A DNA stretch of 64,000 nucleotides from positions 68 to 64,067 of the forward strand of contig JAHIMR010000011.1 of NCBI GenBank assembly GCA_018896525.1, in the 5' to 3' direction. How positions within the stretch are numbered: the stretch's first letter is position 1; each line of letters begins with the position of its first letter. Below are positions 9,031 to 19,369 of this stretch, piece by piece. This DNA is from Actinomycetota bacterium (lineage in GTDB: Bacteria; Actinomycetota; Geothermincolia; Fen-727; Anoxymicrobiaceae). A model generated the notes under the pieces. That model saw only the letters and a list, made by a program, of their open reading frames with translations. It made no database searches and was not told where the DNA came from. The position numbers were made by a program, and so were the translations under genes.

Positions 9031-9794
9031 TATCCCTCACCATCTTCCCCGTCCCGCGCGGTTTGAATCACGTCACCTTTGATGCCTATCTTGGTGAACG
9101 TGAGAGGTATGTCCTTTCCCGACTCCTTGAGTGACTCATGCACCAGATGCACTATCCCGAAGCAGCACGGCACCTCCATGTAGACGACGTCTATCGACTT
9201 GATGTCGTTCTGTATGAATATCTGCGCCAGCTTGCGCCGGTAGAAGTCGGCGTTGTCCAGCTTGGGGCACCCAACCATCAGTATCCTGTCCTCCAGGAAT
9301 CGCTGGTGGAAATCGGCCAGGGAGAACGCGACGCAGTCGGCTGCGATGAGCAGTTTCGCTCCGTCAAGGTATGGAGCGCTGGCCGGGATGAGCATTATCT
9401 GCACCGGCCAGTTGGTGAGGCGGGAGGGCACCACCGCCTTTTCTCCCGGCTCTCCCATCTTGTCCTGTAACTCGCACCGCTCGATCACCTGCGTCGCCGA
9501 ACCGGGACAGCCGCAGGCAAGCTCCTCTTCCGCTTCCCGCCCCTCTCCCACATCCCCCTCCAGGTGCCTGCGCACCGCCTCGGGATCGAACTCCGCCGCC
9601 TCTCTCTCCTCGATGGTGATGGCTCCCCGGGGACACTCCCCCAGGCAATCCCCCAGGCCGTCGCAGTAGACATCGCTTACCAGGCGTGCCTTGCCGTCGA
9701 CTATCTGGATAGCCCCTTCATGGCAGGCGGGGACACACTTGCCGCATCCGTCGCATTCGTCCTCGTCTATCAGTATCACTTTCCTAGTCGCCAT
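9030..9794 (-). CDS. 4Fe-4S ferredoxin-domain protein of the hcp-associated FrdX type
   Basis: Start MATRKVILIDEDECDGCGKCVPACHEGAI, then YCDGLGDCLGECP, NWPVQ, LLIAADC, GCPKLD and MEVPCC. Confidence 0.85.
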   Translation of the reverse strand: MATRKVILIDEDECDGCGKCVPACHEGAIQIVDGKARLVSDVYCDGLGDCLGECPRGAITIEEREAAEFDPEAVRRHLEGDVGEGREAEEELACGCPGSATQVIERCELQDKMGEPGEKAVVPSRLTNWPVQIMLIPASAPYLDGAKLLIAADCVAFSLADFHQRFLEDRILMVGCPKLDNADFYRRKLAQIFIQNDIKSIDVVYMEVPCCFGIVHLVHESLKESGKDIPLTFTKIGIKGDVIQTARDGEDGEG

Positions 9795-10224
9795 TCTTCC
9801 CCCCGTAGACGCACGTAAGCTCGGACAAGGTGTTGCTTTCCAGGTACTCCCTGACCTCCCGGTTGGTGGCCTCCAGCAGTCCCCCCAGGATGCAGCGCTC
9901 CCCGCAGCAGGCCGGGGTGCCCAACAGGCAGGTGCTATCCGACAGTGGGCCGTCGATGGACTCGTACACCTCCAGGAGGGTTGTATCGCCGTTCTTCTCC
10001 GCCAGGGTGAACCCCCCTCCGGGCCCCCGGACCGACACGACCAGGCCCGCCCGGGCAAGCCTCTGGAGGACCTTCGACAGGTGCGCCTCCGATACCCCCA
10101 GTCTTCCGGCAATCTCGGGTGTCGAAACGGGCTTCCCCGGCTCGTCCGCCAGCAGGACCATCGCGTGCAGTCCCAGTGACGCCGCTTCCGATATCTTGAT
10201 CACGCTTGACAACTCGATGCCCAC
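9784..10224 (-). CDS. Rrf2-family transcriptional regulator
   Basis: ISEAASLGLHAM...HLSKVLQRL..AGLVVSVRGPGGGF wHTH with Cys cluster CLLGTPACCGERC. The true start may be slightly downstream. Confidence 0.9.
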   Translation of the reverse strand: MGIELSSVIKISEAASLGLHAMVLLADEPGKPVSTPEIAGRLGVSEAHLSKVLQRLARAGLVVSVRGPGGGFTLAEKNGDTTLLEVYESIDGPLSDSTCLLGTPACCGERCILGGLLEATNREVREYLESNTLSELTCVYGGKNGD

Positions 10225-10231
10225 CTTCCAC

Positions 10232-10279
10232 TACTCGATAATCATGATACTGGTATTCCACTTGTGTAATGATTGTCAA
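10232..10279 (-). promoter_or_regulatory. rrf2 promoter/operator region
   Basis: Minus-strand TTGACA at 10279-10274. 10232-10257 matches 12061-12086 (upstream of hcp) at 18/26 positions. Confidence 0.5.
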
Positions 10280-10292
10280 CGCTCACGGTTGA

Positions 10293-11951
10293 TTACTCTC
10301 CGGCCATTATTGCGGCCACGTCGGTCTCTACATCAGCGATGGGCTTGATGTCGAAGTTCTCCACCAGGACATTCACCACGTTCTCGGAAAGGAAAGCGGG
10401 AATCGTGGGCCCCAGGCGAATACCCTTTACACCAAGGTGCAGGAGGGCGAGGAGTACCGCCACCGCCTTCTGCTCGTACCAGGCGATGTCGTAGGAGATC
10501 GGCAGGTCGTTTATGTCCTCGAGTTCGAAAACCTCTTTCAGCTTGAGGGCGATTACGGCCAGCGAGTAGGAGTCGTTACACTGCCCGGCGTCAAGCACGC
10601 GGGGAATCCCGTCGATATCCCCCAGGTTGAGCTTGTTGTACCGGTACTTGGCGCAACCGGCGGTCAGTATAACCGCATCCGGCGGCAACGACTCTGCGAC
10701 CTCGGTGTAGTAAGCCCTGCTCTTCTGGCGCCCGTCGCAGCCGGCCATGACCACGAACCGCTTGATCGCTCCAGACTTCACCGCGTCCACCACCTTGTCG
10801 GCAAGCGCCAGGACCTGGTTGTGGGCGAACCCCCCGACTATCTTGCCGGTCTCGATCTCGGTCGGGGGCTCGCACTTCTTTGCCAGCTCGATGATCTCAC
10901 TGAGATCTTTCTTGCCGCCTTCAGCCCTGTCGGGAATATGGGTCACCCCGGGGTATCCAACCATCCCGGTAGTGAAAAGCCGATCCCCGTACGGACCCTT
11001 TATCGGTATCAGGCAGTTGGTGGTCAGGAGAATGGGCCCGTTGAACGACTCGAACTCCTTCCCCTGGTGCCACCAGGAACCGCCGTAGTTACCCACGAAC
11101 TGCTCGTACTTCTTGAAAGAGGGATAGTAGTTCGCCGGAAGCATCTCCCCGTGAGTATAGACGTCAACGCCGGTCCCCTCGGTCTGTGCGAGTAACTCCT
11201 CCAGGTCCTTGAGGTCGTGGCCGCTGATGAGGATACCCGGGTTGCCCCGGACCCCGATATCGACCTCGGTGATCTCGGGGTTCCCGTAGGTGGAGGTGTT
11301 GGCCTCGTCCAGCAGCGCCATGGTGTCCACCGCGACCTCTCCCGCCTTCATAACCAGCCCCACCATCTCCTCAGTGGACAGGTCCCTGGTGGTCGACGCC
11401 AGGGCTTCCAGGATGAACGAGTAGATCTCGTCCTTCTCGAAGCCCAGGACCGCCGCATGGTCCGCGTAGGCGGCTATACCTTTTGTCCCGATGATGAGAA
11501 GCTCGCGTAGCGAGCGGACGTCCTCGTTTTCTGTCGCAAGTACGCCGACCTCCTTCGCCTTGGTCATGAACTCCGCCTCGTCGTCAGAGTACCAGGTCGC
11601 GGAGTCGTGCAGGTCCCCGGAGAACTCCTCGCCCTCCTTCTCCCTGTATGCAGCCAGGAACTCCTCCTCGAGGCACTTCCGTAACTCGATGCCCTCCCTG
11701 ATCAGGCTGATAAACCTCCGGTTGTCCCAGTTGGCGTTGGTGATGGTGGTAAAAAGAGCCCCGGCCACGAACGGGCCGGCTTCCCTGTCAGGGGCGCCCA
11801 GTTCCCCCAACTTGCCGGCGTAGATGGATATCCCCCTGAGCACGTATATCAACAGGTCTATAAGGTCGGCGGTCTCCTCCTGCTTACCGCAGACCCCCCT
11901 CTTCGTACATCCGGTGTTCTTCACCGTTTCCTGGCACTGAAAGCAAAAGAT
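10293..11951 (-). CDS. hcp: Hybrid cluster protein (hydroxylamine/NO reductase)
   Basis: FCFQCQET...[51 protein letters not shown] and WYEQKA motifs. The homologous start position is ATC (11951); an alternative TTG start lies at 12023. Confidence 0.95.
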   Translation of the reverse strand: MFCFQCQETVKNTGCTKRGVCGKQEETADLIDLLIYVLRGISIYAGKLGELGAPDREAGPFVAGALFTTITNANWDNRRFISLIREGIELRKCLEEEFLAAYREKEGEEFSGDLHDSATWYSDDEAEFMTKAKEVGVLATENEDVRSLRELLIIGTKGIAAYADHAAVLGFEKDEIYSFILEALASTTRDLSTEEMVGLVMKAGEVAVDTMALLDEANTSTYGNPEITEVDIGVRGNPGILISGHDLKDLEELLAQTEGTGVDVYTHGEMLPANYYPSFKKYEQFVGNYGGSWWHQGKEFESFNGPILLTTNCLIPIKGPYGDRLFTTGMVGYPGVTHIPDRAEGGKKDLSEIIELAKKCEPPTEIETGKIVGGFAHNQVLALADKVVDAVKSGAIKRFVVMAGCDGRQKSRAYYTEVAESLPPDAVILTAGCAKYRYNKLNLGDIDGIPRVLDAGQCNDSYSLAVIALKLKEVFELEDINDLPISYDIAWYEQKAVAVLLALLHLGVKGIRLGPTIPAFLSENVVNVLVENFDIKPIADVETDVAAIMAGE

Positions 11952-12060
11952 AAAACGCCCCTTTCCTCGCTTATCCGCCGGCAGGACCACGGCACTCGGG
12001 CCCGGGATCGCCGTTTCTGACAACCCGGTTACTTTTCACAGTCCGGGTCCGGCCGGTGAC

Positions 12061-12122
12061 TACTTGATAGTAGTAACTCAGGTATTATAGTACTAGAATA
12101 CCAATATGACCGGGATTGTCAA
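12061..12122 (-). promoter_or_regulatory. hcp promoter with palindromic operator
   Basis: Minus-strand TTGACA (12122-12117), 16 nt, TATTCT. Palindrome GGTATT-a-TAGTACTA-g-AATACC at 12081-12102 overlaps the -10 box. Confidence 0.6.
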
Positions 12123-12150
12123 GACCTCCACCCAGGCCGATCTCACCTGT

Positions 12151-12648
12151 CTACTCCTGCGTGAAGAACCTGTCCGCGGGGGCTCCACAAACGGGGCACC
12201 TGTCCGGAAGGCTCCCGTCGGACACGTAACCACAAACCCCGCATATGTAGTAGGTGGGCAACTCTTCGGCAAGCAGGTGCTCAAGGGCCTTTTCATAGAG
12301 TCCCGCGTGTACTTCCTCTACGTCACGGGCCCAGGTGAACATGGTAACGGCTTTCCCGTTTCCCTCGCTCTCGGCAACCGGTATGAAACTCCCGTATCCA
12401 ACCGCTGCCACCTTTGTCTCGCGGGCGAACGATTCCGAGAGATTGGTCTCGGTATCCTTGACCACGTCCAGGAGCCTGAGGTTGTTTCGGGCATGAATTG
12501 CCTCCGATTCCGATATGGCCCGGAACAACCTCGCCACTTCAGGGTAGCCCTCCTCTTCCGCTTTCTCGGCGAACACCTTGAGCCGGACAACCGCCTTGGA
12601 TTCGCCCTCGTAGGCGGCGTGAAGGTTCTCGCTGGTTTTTTCCGACAT
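12151..12648 (-). CDS. Rubrerythrin-family protein (short form)
   Basis: NLHAAYEGESKA, ESEAIHA, VEEVHA and C-terminal CGVC...CPVC. Confidence 0.9.
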   Translation of the reverse strand: MSEKTSENLHAAYEGESKAVVRLKVFAEKAEEEGYPEVARLFRAISESEAIHARNNLRLLDVVKDTETNLSESFARETKVAAVGYGSFIPVAESEGNGKAVTMFTWARDVEEVHAGLYEKALEHLLAEELPTYYICGVCGYVSDGSLPDRCPVCGAPADRFFTQE

Positions 12649-12775
12649 CCAAACCCCTCCATTTCTCAAAACGCCGTGCTTCAGCTCCACTTCGCCTTTA
12701 GCGGAAACCGCACTCTAAGCTAATGGAGAGTCAAGGGTCCTTATTACTCTACCCGGAGTTGCCCTGACGCGCAGT

Positions 12776-13486
12776 CTACTCCTCCGGACTGAACTCTTCC
12801 TTGCCGGCACCGCACACCGGGCAGACCCAGTCCTCGGGCAGGTCCTCGAACGCGGTGCCCGGCTTGATATCGCTCTCCGGGTCGCCGTCGGCCGGGTCGT
12901 ACTCGTAACCGCAGACATCGCAAACGTACTTCTTCATCGATGTTTCCCCTTTCGCCTTCTCTTCCTCTTTAGTCTCGGGGGGCCTGTAGGTCGGCGCCTT
13001 CCTGGGGGCCTTCCCCTTCCTGGCGTGGTACTCCGCGTAAGTCATGGGTTTGCCGTCGTTCAGGACCCTGCCGCTCACCACGTCGGCGACAAAGATGGTA
13101 TGGGTTCCCGCGTCAACCGTGTCGAACACCCTGGCCTCGAATACCGAGACCGCGTTCCCGGTTACCACCGGGCAACCGGTAACGCCCTCATCCGCGGCGA
13201 TGCCGGAGAGCTTATCCATCTCTTTGCCGGTATTGAACCCGAAGTGCCCTATGAAGTTGAGAGGTGTCGTTTCCTCCAGCACCGAGGCCGCGAACACGCC
13301 GCTTCCGGAGATGAGTTCGTGGGTGTAGTTCTCCTTGTTGATGGCCACCGCTACCCGTGGCGGCTCGGCGGTTACCTGTATCACCGTGTTGGCTATCTGG
13401 CCGTTGGCCTTCCCCTCATGGCAAGAGGTGACCACGTAGATGCCGTAGCTCAAGCTCCATAACGCCCTGGGGTCGAAATCACTCAT
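12776..13486 (-). CDS. Flavin reductase-rubredoxin fusion (high-molecular-weight rubredoxin)
   Basis: [10 protein letters not shown]...[12 protein letters not shown]...DAGTHTIF flavin reductase domain. C-terminal [10 protein letters not shown]...[12 protein letters not shown] rubredoxin. Confidence 0.9.
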   Translation of the reverse strand: MSDFDPRALWSLSYGIYVVTSCHEGKANGQIANTVIQVTAEPPRVAVAINKENYTHELISGSGVFAASVLEETTPLNFIGHFGFNTGKEMDKLSGIAADEGVTGCPVVTGNAVSVFEARVFDTVDAGTHTIFVADVVSGRVLNDGKPMTYAEYHARKGKAPRKAPTYRPPETKEEEKAKGETSMKKYVCDVCGYEYDPADGDPESDIKPGTAFEDLPEDWVCPVCGAGKEEFSPEE

Positions 13487-14687
13487 TCGCAACCTCCTTC
13501 ATTCGTTTCGCCACCGCGGCCCCGAGGTCGCCGCATGCCTCCAGTGCCTCGTCGTCGGGCACGTACTTCACTCTGACCGGGTCCCGCACTTGCTCAACAT
13601 CCATCCGGTCCAGGGCCTCCCCCACCAGCTTTGCGCCTTCGCCACTCCAGCCGTAGGAGCCGAACGCAGCCCCCACCAGGTTCTTCGGCTTGAGGCCCTC
13701 GAGGTACGTCAGCACATCTGCCACCGTGGGGAACATCATGTTGTTTATAGTGGGGGTGCCGACCAGCAGCGCCCCCGCGCCAAGCAGTTGCGCCGCGACA
13801 TCGCTCCTATGGCTTGACTTGAGCGGCAGTAGCACCACCTTTAACCCACCCCTGGTCATCGCCTCACCGATGGCCCCGGCCATCTTCTCGGTGCTGCCCC
13901 ACATCGTGTCGAACACCACCACCGCCTTATTGGCAGGCTCCTGGGTTGCCCACTTCGAGTAAAGACCCAGGATCTTGCCGAGGTCCTCCCTCCATATCGG
14001 GCCGTGGTCGGGGGCGATGATGTCTATCTCCACACCCAGGTTACTCACCCTCTCCAGCAGTTTCAGCACCAGGGGGCTGAACGGAAGCAGGATGTTGGCG
14101 AAGTACCTCTCCCCCTCCTCCACCAGCACGCTATCGGGAATCTCGTCGGCGAACCGTTCGGAGGCCGCCAGGTGCATGCCGAAGCCGTCCTGGGAAAAAA
14201 GCAGGTGGTCCCGGGCCAGGTAGGCCACCATGCTGTCAGGCCAGTGGAGCATCCGGGTCTCCAGGAAAGTCAGGTCCACCCCACCCAGCGCCAGGATATC
14301 ACCGTCCCCCACGGCTATTATCTCCCTATCCATGTGGAAGTGGTCGGTGAGAGCCTTCACCCCCATCCTGGATGCGAACACCTTCTCCGGTTCCACTTCC
14401 CGCAGCACCTGGGGGAGCGACCCCGTATGGTCCATCTCGGAGTGGAGCGATATTACGTACCGGATATCGTGGGGGTCCACCACCGATGCCACCCGGCTGA
14501 GCAACTCGTCCTTGAACGGGGCTTTGACAGTGTCCACCAGGATAATGTCATCGGCTACGATGAGGTACGCGTTATAGGTGGAGCCGCGAGACGTGGAGTA
14601 CCCGTGGAAATCCCTGATGCCCCAGTCAATCGCCCCCACCCAGTAGACATGCTCGCTTACCTTTACTGCCTCAAAGGGAGCCGGCAT
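13479..14687 (-). CDS. fprA: Flavodiiron protein (FprA-type O2/NO reductase)
   Basis: [31 protein letters not shown], and flavodoxin motifs TMWGSTE and FGSYGWSGE. Confidence 0.93.
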   Translation of the reverse strand: MPAPFEAVKVSEHVYWVGAIDWGIRDFHGYSTSRGSTYNAYLIVADDIILVDTVKAPFKDELLSRVASVVDPHDIRYVISLHSEMDHTGSLPQVLREVEPEKVFASRMGVKALTDHFHMDREIIAVGDGDILALGGVDLTFLETRMLHWPDSMVAYLARDHLLFSQDGFGMHLAASERFADEIPDSVLVEEGERYFANILLPFSPLVLKLLERVSNLGVEIDIIAPDHGPIWREDLGKILGLYSKWATQEPANKAVVVFDTMWGSTEKMAGAIGEAMTRGGLKVVLLPLKSSHRSDVAAQLLGAGALLVGTPTINNMMFPTVADVLTYLEGLKPKNLVGAAFGSYGWSGEGAKLVGEALDRMDVEQVRDPVRVKYVPDDEALEACGDLGAAVAKRMKEVANE

Positions 14688-14691
14688 GCTA

Positions 14692-15072
14692 TCAGCCCTC
14701 TCCCCTCCAGAGGCCGTGGATGTTGCAGTAGGCGCGGGCGGTAGTCGCCTCGCCGCCGGACTCGAACAGGGCCTCGGGCTCGTCGCCGGGCTGGAGGAAA
14801 TATCTGCATCCCTCGCCGTCGGACCTTACCTGTATCCACTCTATGTAATGCTCATCGGTCATCGGGTGGGCGACAGTTCCGACCTTGACCCTGACGCCAC
14901 CGTCAACCTTCTCCATAACCGGAACGTGCTTCTCCACCGCGGCGTCGGTGGTGTTCTCGCCCTTGAGGACCATCGGTTGCCCGCAGCACACCAGCTCTCC
15001 TTTACCCCCGTGCAGCACCGCTACGATGTTCCCGCACAGCTCGCATTTATATACCTCATATCTCTCGGCCAT
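14692..15072 (-). CDS. dfx: Desulfoferrodoxin (superoxide reductase)
   Basis: [10 protein letters not shown]...[23 protein letters not shown] and YCNIHGLW. Confidence 0.95.
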   Translation of the reverse strand: MAERYEVYKCELCGNIVAVLHGGKGELVCCGQPMVLKGENTTDAAVEKHVPVMEKVDGGVRVKVGTVAHPMTDEHYIEWIQVRSDGEGCRYFLQPGDEPEALFESGGEATTARAYCNIHGLWRGEG

Positions 15073-15111
15073 AGCACTCCTCCTTCTCGCTTCCTGCCTG
15101 CATGCAGACCT

Positions 15112-15687
15112 TTACCAGTTCTCACCCAACAGCTCGAAGTACGCCTGCGGGTGCGCGCAGGCGGGACATTTCTCCGGCGCCTCAGTGCCCTCGTGTATGT
15201 ACCCACAGTTGCGGCACCGCCAGGTCACCGGCTTTTCCTTCTTGAACACGGTGCCGTCCTCGATATTCGCGAGGAGCCCCAGGTAGCGCTTCTCGTGCTG
15301 CTTCTCGGCGACCGCGATTGACTCGAAAACGCCGGCTATCTCATCGAAGCCTTCCTCGCGGGCGGTCTCGGCGAACGACGGGTACATCTCGGTCCACTCG
15401 TAATTCTCGCCCCCGGCGGCCGCCTTCAAGTTCTCGGCGGTAGAGCCGATGACGCCTGCCGGGAACGCGGCCGTGATCTTCGCCGTCCCGCCCGCCATGA
15501 ACTTGAACTCGCGCTCGGCGTGCTCCTTCTCCTGGCCCGCGGTCTCGGTGAAGATGTCGGCTATCTGGATGAACCCCTCCTTGCGCGCCTTGCCGGCGAA
15601 GTAAGTATAGCGGTTTCGCGCCTGTGACTCACCGGCAAAAGCGGCCATCAGGTTCTTCTCGGTCTTCGATCCCTTCAATTCAGCCAT
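15112..15687 (-). CDS. rbr: Rubrerythrin
   Basis: [39 protein letters not shown] and WRCRNCGY...CPACAHP. Confidence 0.95.
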   Translation of the reverse strand: MAELKGSKTEKNLMAAFAGESQARNRYTYFAGKARKEGFIQIADIFTETAGQEKEHAEREFKFMAGGTAKITAAFPAGVIGSTAENLKAAAGGENYEWTEMYPSFAETAREEGFDEIAGVFESIAVAEKQHEKRYLGLLANIEDGTVFKKEKPVTWRCRNCGYIHEGTEAPEKCPACAHPQAYFELLGENW

Positions 15688-15813
15688 AACCCCTCCTCTT
15701 TTGAGTGCGCACTTTAGTGCGCATACCGTTTAGTCCGCATCCCCCCGGATCACGCCATCCCTCTCTTCAACTGGCACACTCATGAACAAATACCACATCG
15801 CGCCCTCCCCGGC

Positions 15814-15829
15814 ATTGACCCTTGTCAAT
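15814..15829. promoter_or_regulatory. CRP/FNR-type palindrome ATTGAC-N4-GTCAAT upstream of the rbr operon
   Basis: Perfect 6-bp inverted repeat with a 4-nt spacer. A minus-strand TGnTATTTG at 15795-15787 could be the -10 box. Confidence 0.55.
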
Positions 15830-15839
15830 TCGCGTGGAT

Positions 15840-15968
15840 CTACTCCAGGGGGTCGGGTTGCACGAACTCTCTTCTGTTGTACCTCAGGTACTGCTCGTCA
15901 AGAGTTGCCCTGTTCACACCTGTATCGGCTATTGATGCTTCTCCGTGTTTCCGGCTCTCCCCGGTCAT
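15840..15968 (-). pseudogene. N-terminal remnant of a TIGR02757/DUF2400-like protein
   Basis: Reads MTGESRKHGEASIADTGVNRATLDEQYLRYNRREFVQPDPLE*. The L...Y..YN...F...DP pattern is recalled from that family. Confidence 0.5.
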
Positions 15969-16059
15969 ACTGCTTATGCTACCCCCCGCCCCATTCGAAA
16001 CGCAAGGAATCGGAGGGCAACCTGATCGCCTGTTTTCGACCGGCCATCGTCTTGTTCAG

Positions 16060-16264
16060 AAGCCGGCAAGATGCCGGCGCTACAAGGGAGCACCGGAAGC
16101 CGGCAAGATGCCGGCGCTACAAGGGAGCACCGGAAGCCGGCAGGATGCTGGCGCTACAAGGGAGCACCGGAAGCCGGCAAGATGCTGGCGCTACAAGGGA
16201 AACGGATTCCAGAGGGACCGGGACTAAAGTCCCGGCTCAAGAGGATAAGCGATGCCGGCGCTAC
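16060..16264 (-). repeat. Tandem array of GTAG-type REP palindromes (37-bp unit, about 3.8 copies, plus a partial copy)
   Basis: Unit AAGCCGGCAAGATGCCGGCGCTACAAGGGAGCACCGG at 16060, 16097, 16134, 16171. The minus strand reads GTAG-C-GCCGGCA-TCT-TGCCGGC. Extra hairpin CCGGGACT-AA-AGTCCCGG at 16218-16235. Confidence 0.88.
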
Positions 16265-16284
16265 GAGTCAGATCGATGTGGGTG

Positions 16285-17478
16285 TTACTCGTCCATGTAA
16301 TCCCTGAGCCGGCCGCTCCGGGACGGGTGCCGAAGCTTGGAGAGAGTCTTGGACTCGATCTGGCGGATGCGCTCGCGGGTGACACCAAAGACACGCCCTA
16401 CCTCCTCCAGGGTCCGGGGCTGCCCGTCCAAGAGCCCGAACCTCAACTGGATGACCCTCTTCTCACGTGTGTTCAGATCGTCCAGGACGTCCTCGAGTTG
16501 CTCCTGGAGCAGCTTGAACGCGGCCGCGTCCACCGGGACGACCGCTCCCGAGTCCTCTATGAAGTCCCCCAGATGGCTGTCCTCCTCCTCACCGATGGGG
16601 GTCTCCAGCGAAACCGGCTCCTGGCTCACCTTCAGTATCTCCCTGACCTTCTCGGATGGAAGCTCCATCTCCCTCGCGATCTCCTCGGGAAGCGGTTCCC
16701 GCCCCAGGTCCTGCAGGAGCTGGCGCTGGACCCGGATGAGCTTGTTGATGGTTTCCACCATGTGAACAGGGATTCGAATCGTCCGCGCCTGGTCCGCTAT
16801 GGCCCTGGTTATGGCCTGCCTGATCCACCAGGTGGCGTAGGTGCTGAACTTATAGCCTTTGCTGTAGTCAAACTTCTCAACGGCGCGGATGAGCCCCAGG
16901 TTGCCTTCCTGGATAAGGTCCAGAAACAGCATCCCCCTGCCCACGTACCTCTTGGCAATACTGACAACCAACCGCAGGTTGGCTTCCACCAGTTTCTTCT
17001 TGGCTACGACGCCGTCGGCCTCGATCTCCTCCAGCTTCTCGATCTGCGCGCTCTTCAGCTTACTGTCGGCCGCCAGCTTAAGCGCGGATTCCTCACCCGC
17101 CTCGATCCTCTTAGCCAGGGACACCTCCTGGGGTGCCTTAAGCAGGGACACCTTGCCGATCTCCTTAAGGTACATGCGGACAGGGTCATTGGTCACCGGA
17201 TGCACCGCAAAATCGAGGCTCGCGCCCGCCCGCTTCTTCGGCTTCTTCTTCTTCTTCTTGGCGGTGTCCTCCTGCCGTATCTCCTCGACTACCTCGTCGG
17301 TTATCTCGATCTCCATATCGGAAAGCCTGACGAATATGCTGTCCTCCTGCTCCGTTGTGAGCTCAACCGACTTCAAGCGTTCCACGATCTCGTCGGTGGA
17401 AAGGAATCCCTTCTCCTTGCCCAGAGCAACAAGCTCACGGAACTCCTCTATGTCGAGGTCTTTCCAATCTTCCGCCAT
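16285..17478 (-). CDS. rpoD: RNA polymerase primary sigma factor
   Basis: [46 protein letters not shown] and TRERIRQIE. Confidence 0.97.
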   Translation of the reverse strand: MAEDWKDLDIEEFRELVALGKEKGFLSTDEIVERLKSVELTTEQEDSIFVRLSDMEIEITDEVVEEIRQEDTAKKKKKKPKKRAGASLDFAVHPVTNDPVRMYLKEIGKVSLLKAPQEVSLAKRIEAGEESALKLAADSKLKSAQIEKLEEIEADGVVAKKKLVEANLRLVVSIAKRYVGRGMLFLDLIQEGNLGLIRAVEKFDYSKGYKFSTYATWWIRQAITRAIADQARTIRIPVHMVETINKLIRVQRQLLQDLGREPLPEEIAREMELPSEKVREILKVSQEPVSLETPIGEEEDSHLGDFIEDSGAVVPVDAAAFKLLQEQLEDVLDDLNTREKRVIQLRFGLLDGQPRTLEEVGRVFGVTRERIRQIESKTLSKLRHPSRSGRLRDYMDE

Positions 17479-17521
17479 TTAAACCGCGTCACCACCCTGC
17501 CTGCGCCCCGGTGGGCATTGA

Positions 17522-19369
17522 TCAACCATGGTCGTAGGGGAACAACTGCTTCATAACCTGCTCGATCTCGAGAAGCTGGCCGCAGAGAGACTCGTACTTC
17601 TTCGGTTCAAGCTTCTTGTTGGTCCTGCCAATGTCGAGTTCTACCTGGTGTTTCCGCCTCTTATAGAACAAATACTCCAGCCTGTCAAAGACAGTGTCCT
17701 CATATCCTGGTTTGCACTCGGGAGGTGATTCCATCAATAGGCGTGAAACCTTACCGCGCAACCCCTCATCGGCGATGCCTTCAACCATTCGCTGTGTCAA
17801 TGAATCGAATTCCGCCTGTGGAACTACTTCGTCATAAACAGGGATTTCCTTTAGCAACTGAAGTATTTTTCTATTGTCCTGGTTCGAAAAAAAGTCATCG
17901 TCCAGGTACTGGTGCTCCCTGAGAGCGTCCAGGTCGTGCAGCAAGACCCTCAGCGCCTCCTTTTCCACCTTCTCCCACAGCACAGCCTTCCGTAAGCCCA
18001 TGCCGGGCCTGCCGGGCTTCCCGGCTACCCTCGACGCCTCCCTCAAGTACACCTCTACTGTCTCCGGCGGCATGTCCAGCCATCCTCCTATCTTGCGCAC
18101 CAGGTCGTTCCTGAGGGGCTTCATCTCCTCGCTCGAAACCCTGGAGAGGATGGCGACGCACGCCTCCATCGCCCTGCGGCTGCCCATCGGGTTCGCGGTG
18201 TCGAACCCCTCTATCGTCTTTCTCACGGCGAATTCAAGAAGACCCTCCGCCCTCCCTTTCATTTCGGCGAACGCCTCCGCTCCACCTTTTTTGGCGACCG
18301 AGGCGGGGTCCTCTCCCTCGGGCAGCATCACCACGAAGATATCCAACCTGAACCTGCCCCAGAAATCCACCGTGCGCAGTGCCGCATCCATTCCGGCACT
18401 GTCGGCGTCGAACGCCAGGTAGACACTGTCCGAAACGCGGTTCAACAGGTCGAAATGGTTCTCGGTCAGGGCTGTGCCCAGTGTGGCCGCCACGTCCCTG
18501 ACCCCCACCTGCCACAGCGCCAGCAGGTCGGTGTACCCTTCCACAACGATCGACTCGCGCCCGTCCTGCATGACACTCCGCGCCTGGTGGAAGCCGTATA
18601 GCGTATGGCCCTTCTTGTATATCGGTGTTTCCGGCGAGTTCAGATACTTGGGTTCGTCACCCGCCTCCTCCCCCGGCATCCGCCTGCCCCCGAACGCGAC
18701 AACGCGTCCACGGTGGTCAAGAATGGGGAACATGACCCGGTCCCGGAACACGTCGTAGGCGCCGCGTCCGTCACCACTTCCCCCGCCGCGCTGCCGGGCG
18801 AGTCCCGCCTTGACTATCTCGGGGGCGGTGAACCCCTTCTTGGTCAAGAAACCGACAAGGTTCTCCCAGCCCGCCGGTGCGAACCCCAGGTGGAACTCCT
18901 CGATCACCTCCCCGGTAAACCCCCTGTCCTCCAGGTACTCCCTGGCCCTGTGCCCCTCATCCGTCTCCTTGAGTATGTAATGGAAGTAGTCGGAGGCCGT
19001 CTGGTTGAGCCGGAACAGCCGGTCCTTCTCGGTGCGCTTCTGGATATCGGCGGGGGTGGACTTCTCGTAGGATACCTGGTACCCGATCCTGTCGGCGAGC
19101 CTCTCTACCGCCTCCACGAACTTCAACCCCTCGAGCTGCATCACGAAGTTGAACACTCCCCCGCTCGCCTTGCACCCGAAGCAGAAGTAGACACCCTTCG
19201 CCGGATTGACGTAGAAGGACGGGTCCTTCTCCTTGTGGAAGGGGCATGGGCCCCTGAACTCACGCCCCGACTTCTTGAGCGGCACGTACTCGGAGATGAG
19301 CTGGACTATATCCGTGCGCTCGCGCACGACTTCAACGTCGGAATCCTTGATTCTACCGCCTGGGGACAC
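17522..19369 (-). CDS. dnaG: DNA primase
   Basis: CPFH...CFGC zinc finger, FRDRVMFPI, KYLNSPET, VEGYTD and AFDADSAG TOPRIM motifs. Confidence 0.96.
   Translation of the reverse strand: MSPGGRIKDSDVEVVRERTDIVQLISEYVPLKKSGREFRGPCPFHKEKDPSFYVNPAKGVYFCFGCKASGGVFNFVMQLEGLKFVEAVERLADRIGYQVSYEKSTPADIQKRTEKDRLFRLNQTASDYFHYILKETDEGHRAREYLEDRGFTGEVIEEFHLGFAPAGWENLVGFLTKKGFTAPEIVKAGLARQRGGGSGDGRGAYDVFRDRVMFPILDHRGRVVAFGGRRMPGEEAGDEPKYLNSPETPIYKKGHTLYGFHQARSVMQDGRESIVVEGYTDLLALWQVGVRDVAATLGTALTENHFDLLNRVSDSVYLAFDADSAGMDAALRTVDFWGRFRLDIFVVMLPEGEDPASVAKKGGAEAFAEMKGRAEGLLEFAVRKTIEGFDTANPMGSRRAMEACVAILSRVSSEEMKPLRNDLVRKIGGWLDMPPETVEVYLREASRVAGKPGRPGMGLRKAVLWEKVEKEALRVLLHDLDALREHQYLDDDFFSNQDNRKILQLLKEIPVYDEVVPQAEFDSLTQRMVEGIADEGLRGKVSRLLMESPPECKPGYEDTVFDRLEYLFYKRRKHQVELDIGRTNKKLEPKKYESLCGQLLEIEQVMKQLFPYDHG

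Noticed and set aside
9795-10112. N-terminal extension of the ferredoxin ORF
   Set aside because: It is an alternative frame of rrf2. The real start is ATG 9794.
16060-16200. 37-bp periodic repeat as a CRISPR array
   Set aside because: Units are contiguous with identical linkers, there are no unique spacers, and no cas genes are present. Fits REP tandem repeats.
15782-16307. ORFs with repeated peptides across the REP array (also 58187-58620)
   Set aside because: Artefacts of stop-free tandem repeats.
17243-17260. (CTT)n tract in rpoD as a phase-variation site
   Set aside because: An in-frame triplet run encoding poly-Lys in a variable linker; slippage would not shift the frame.
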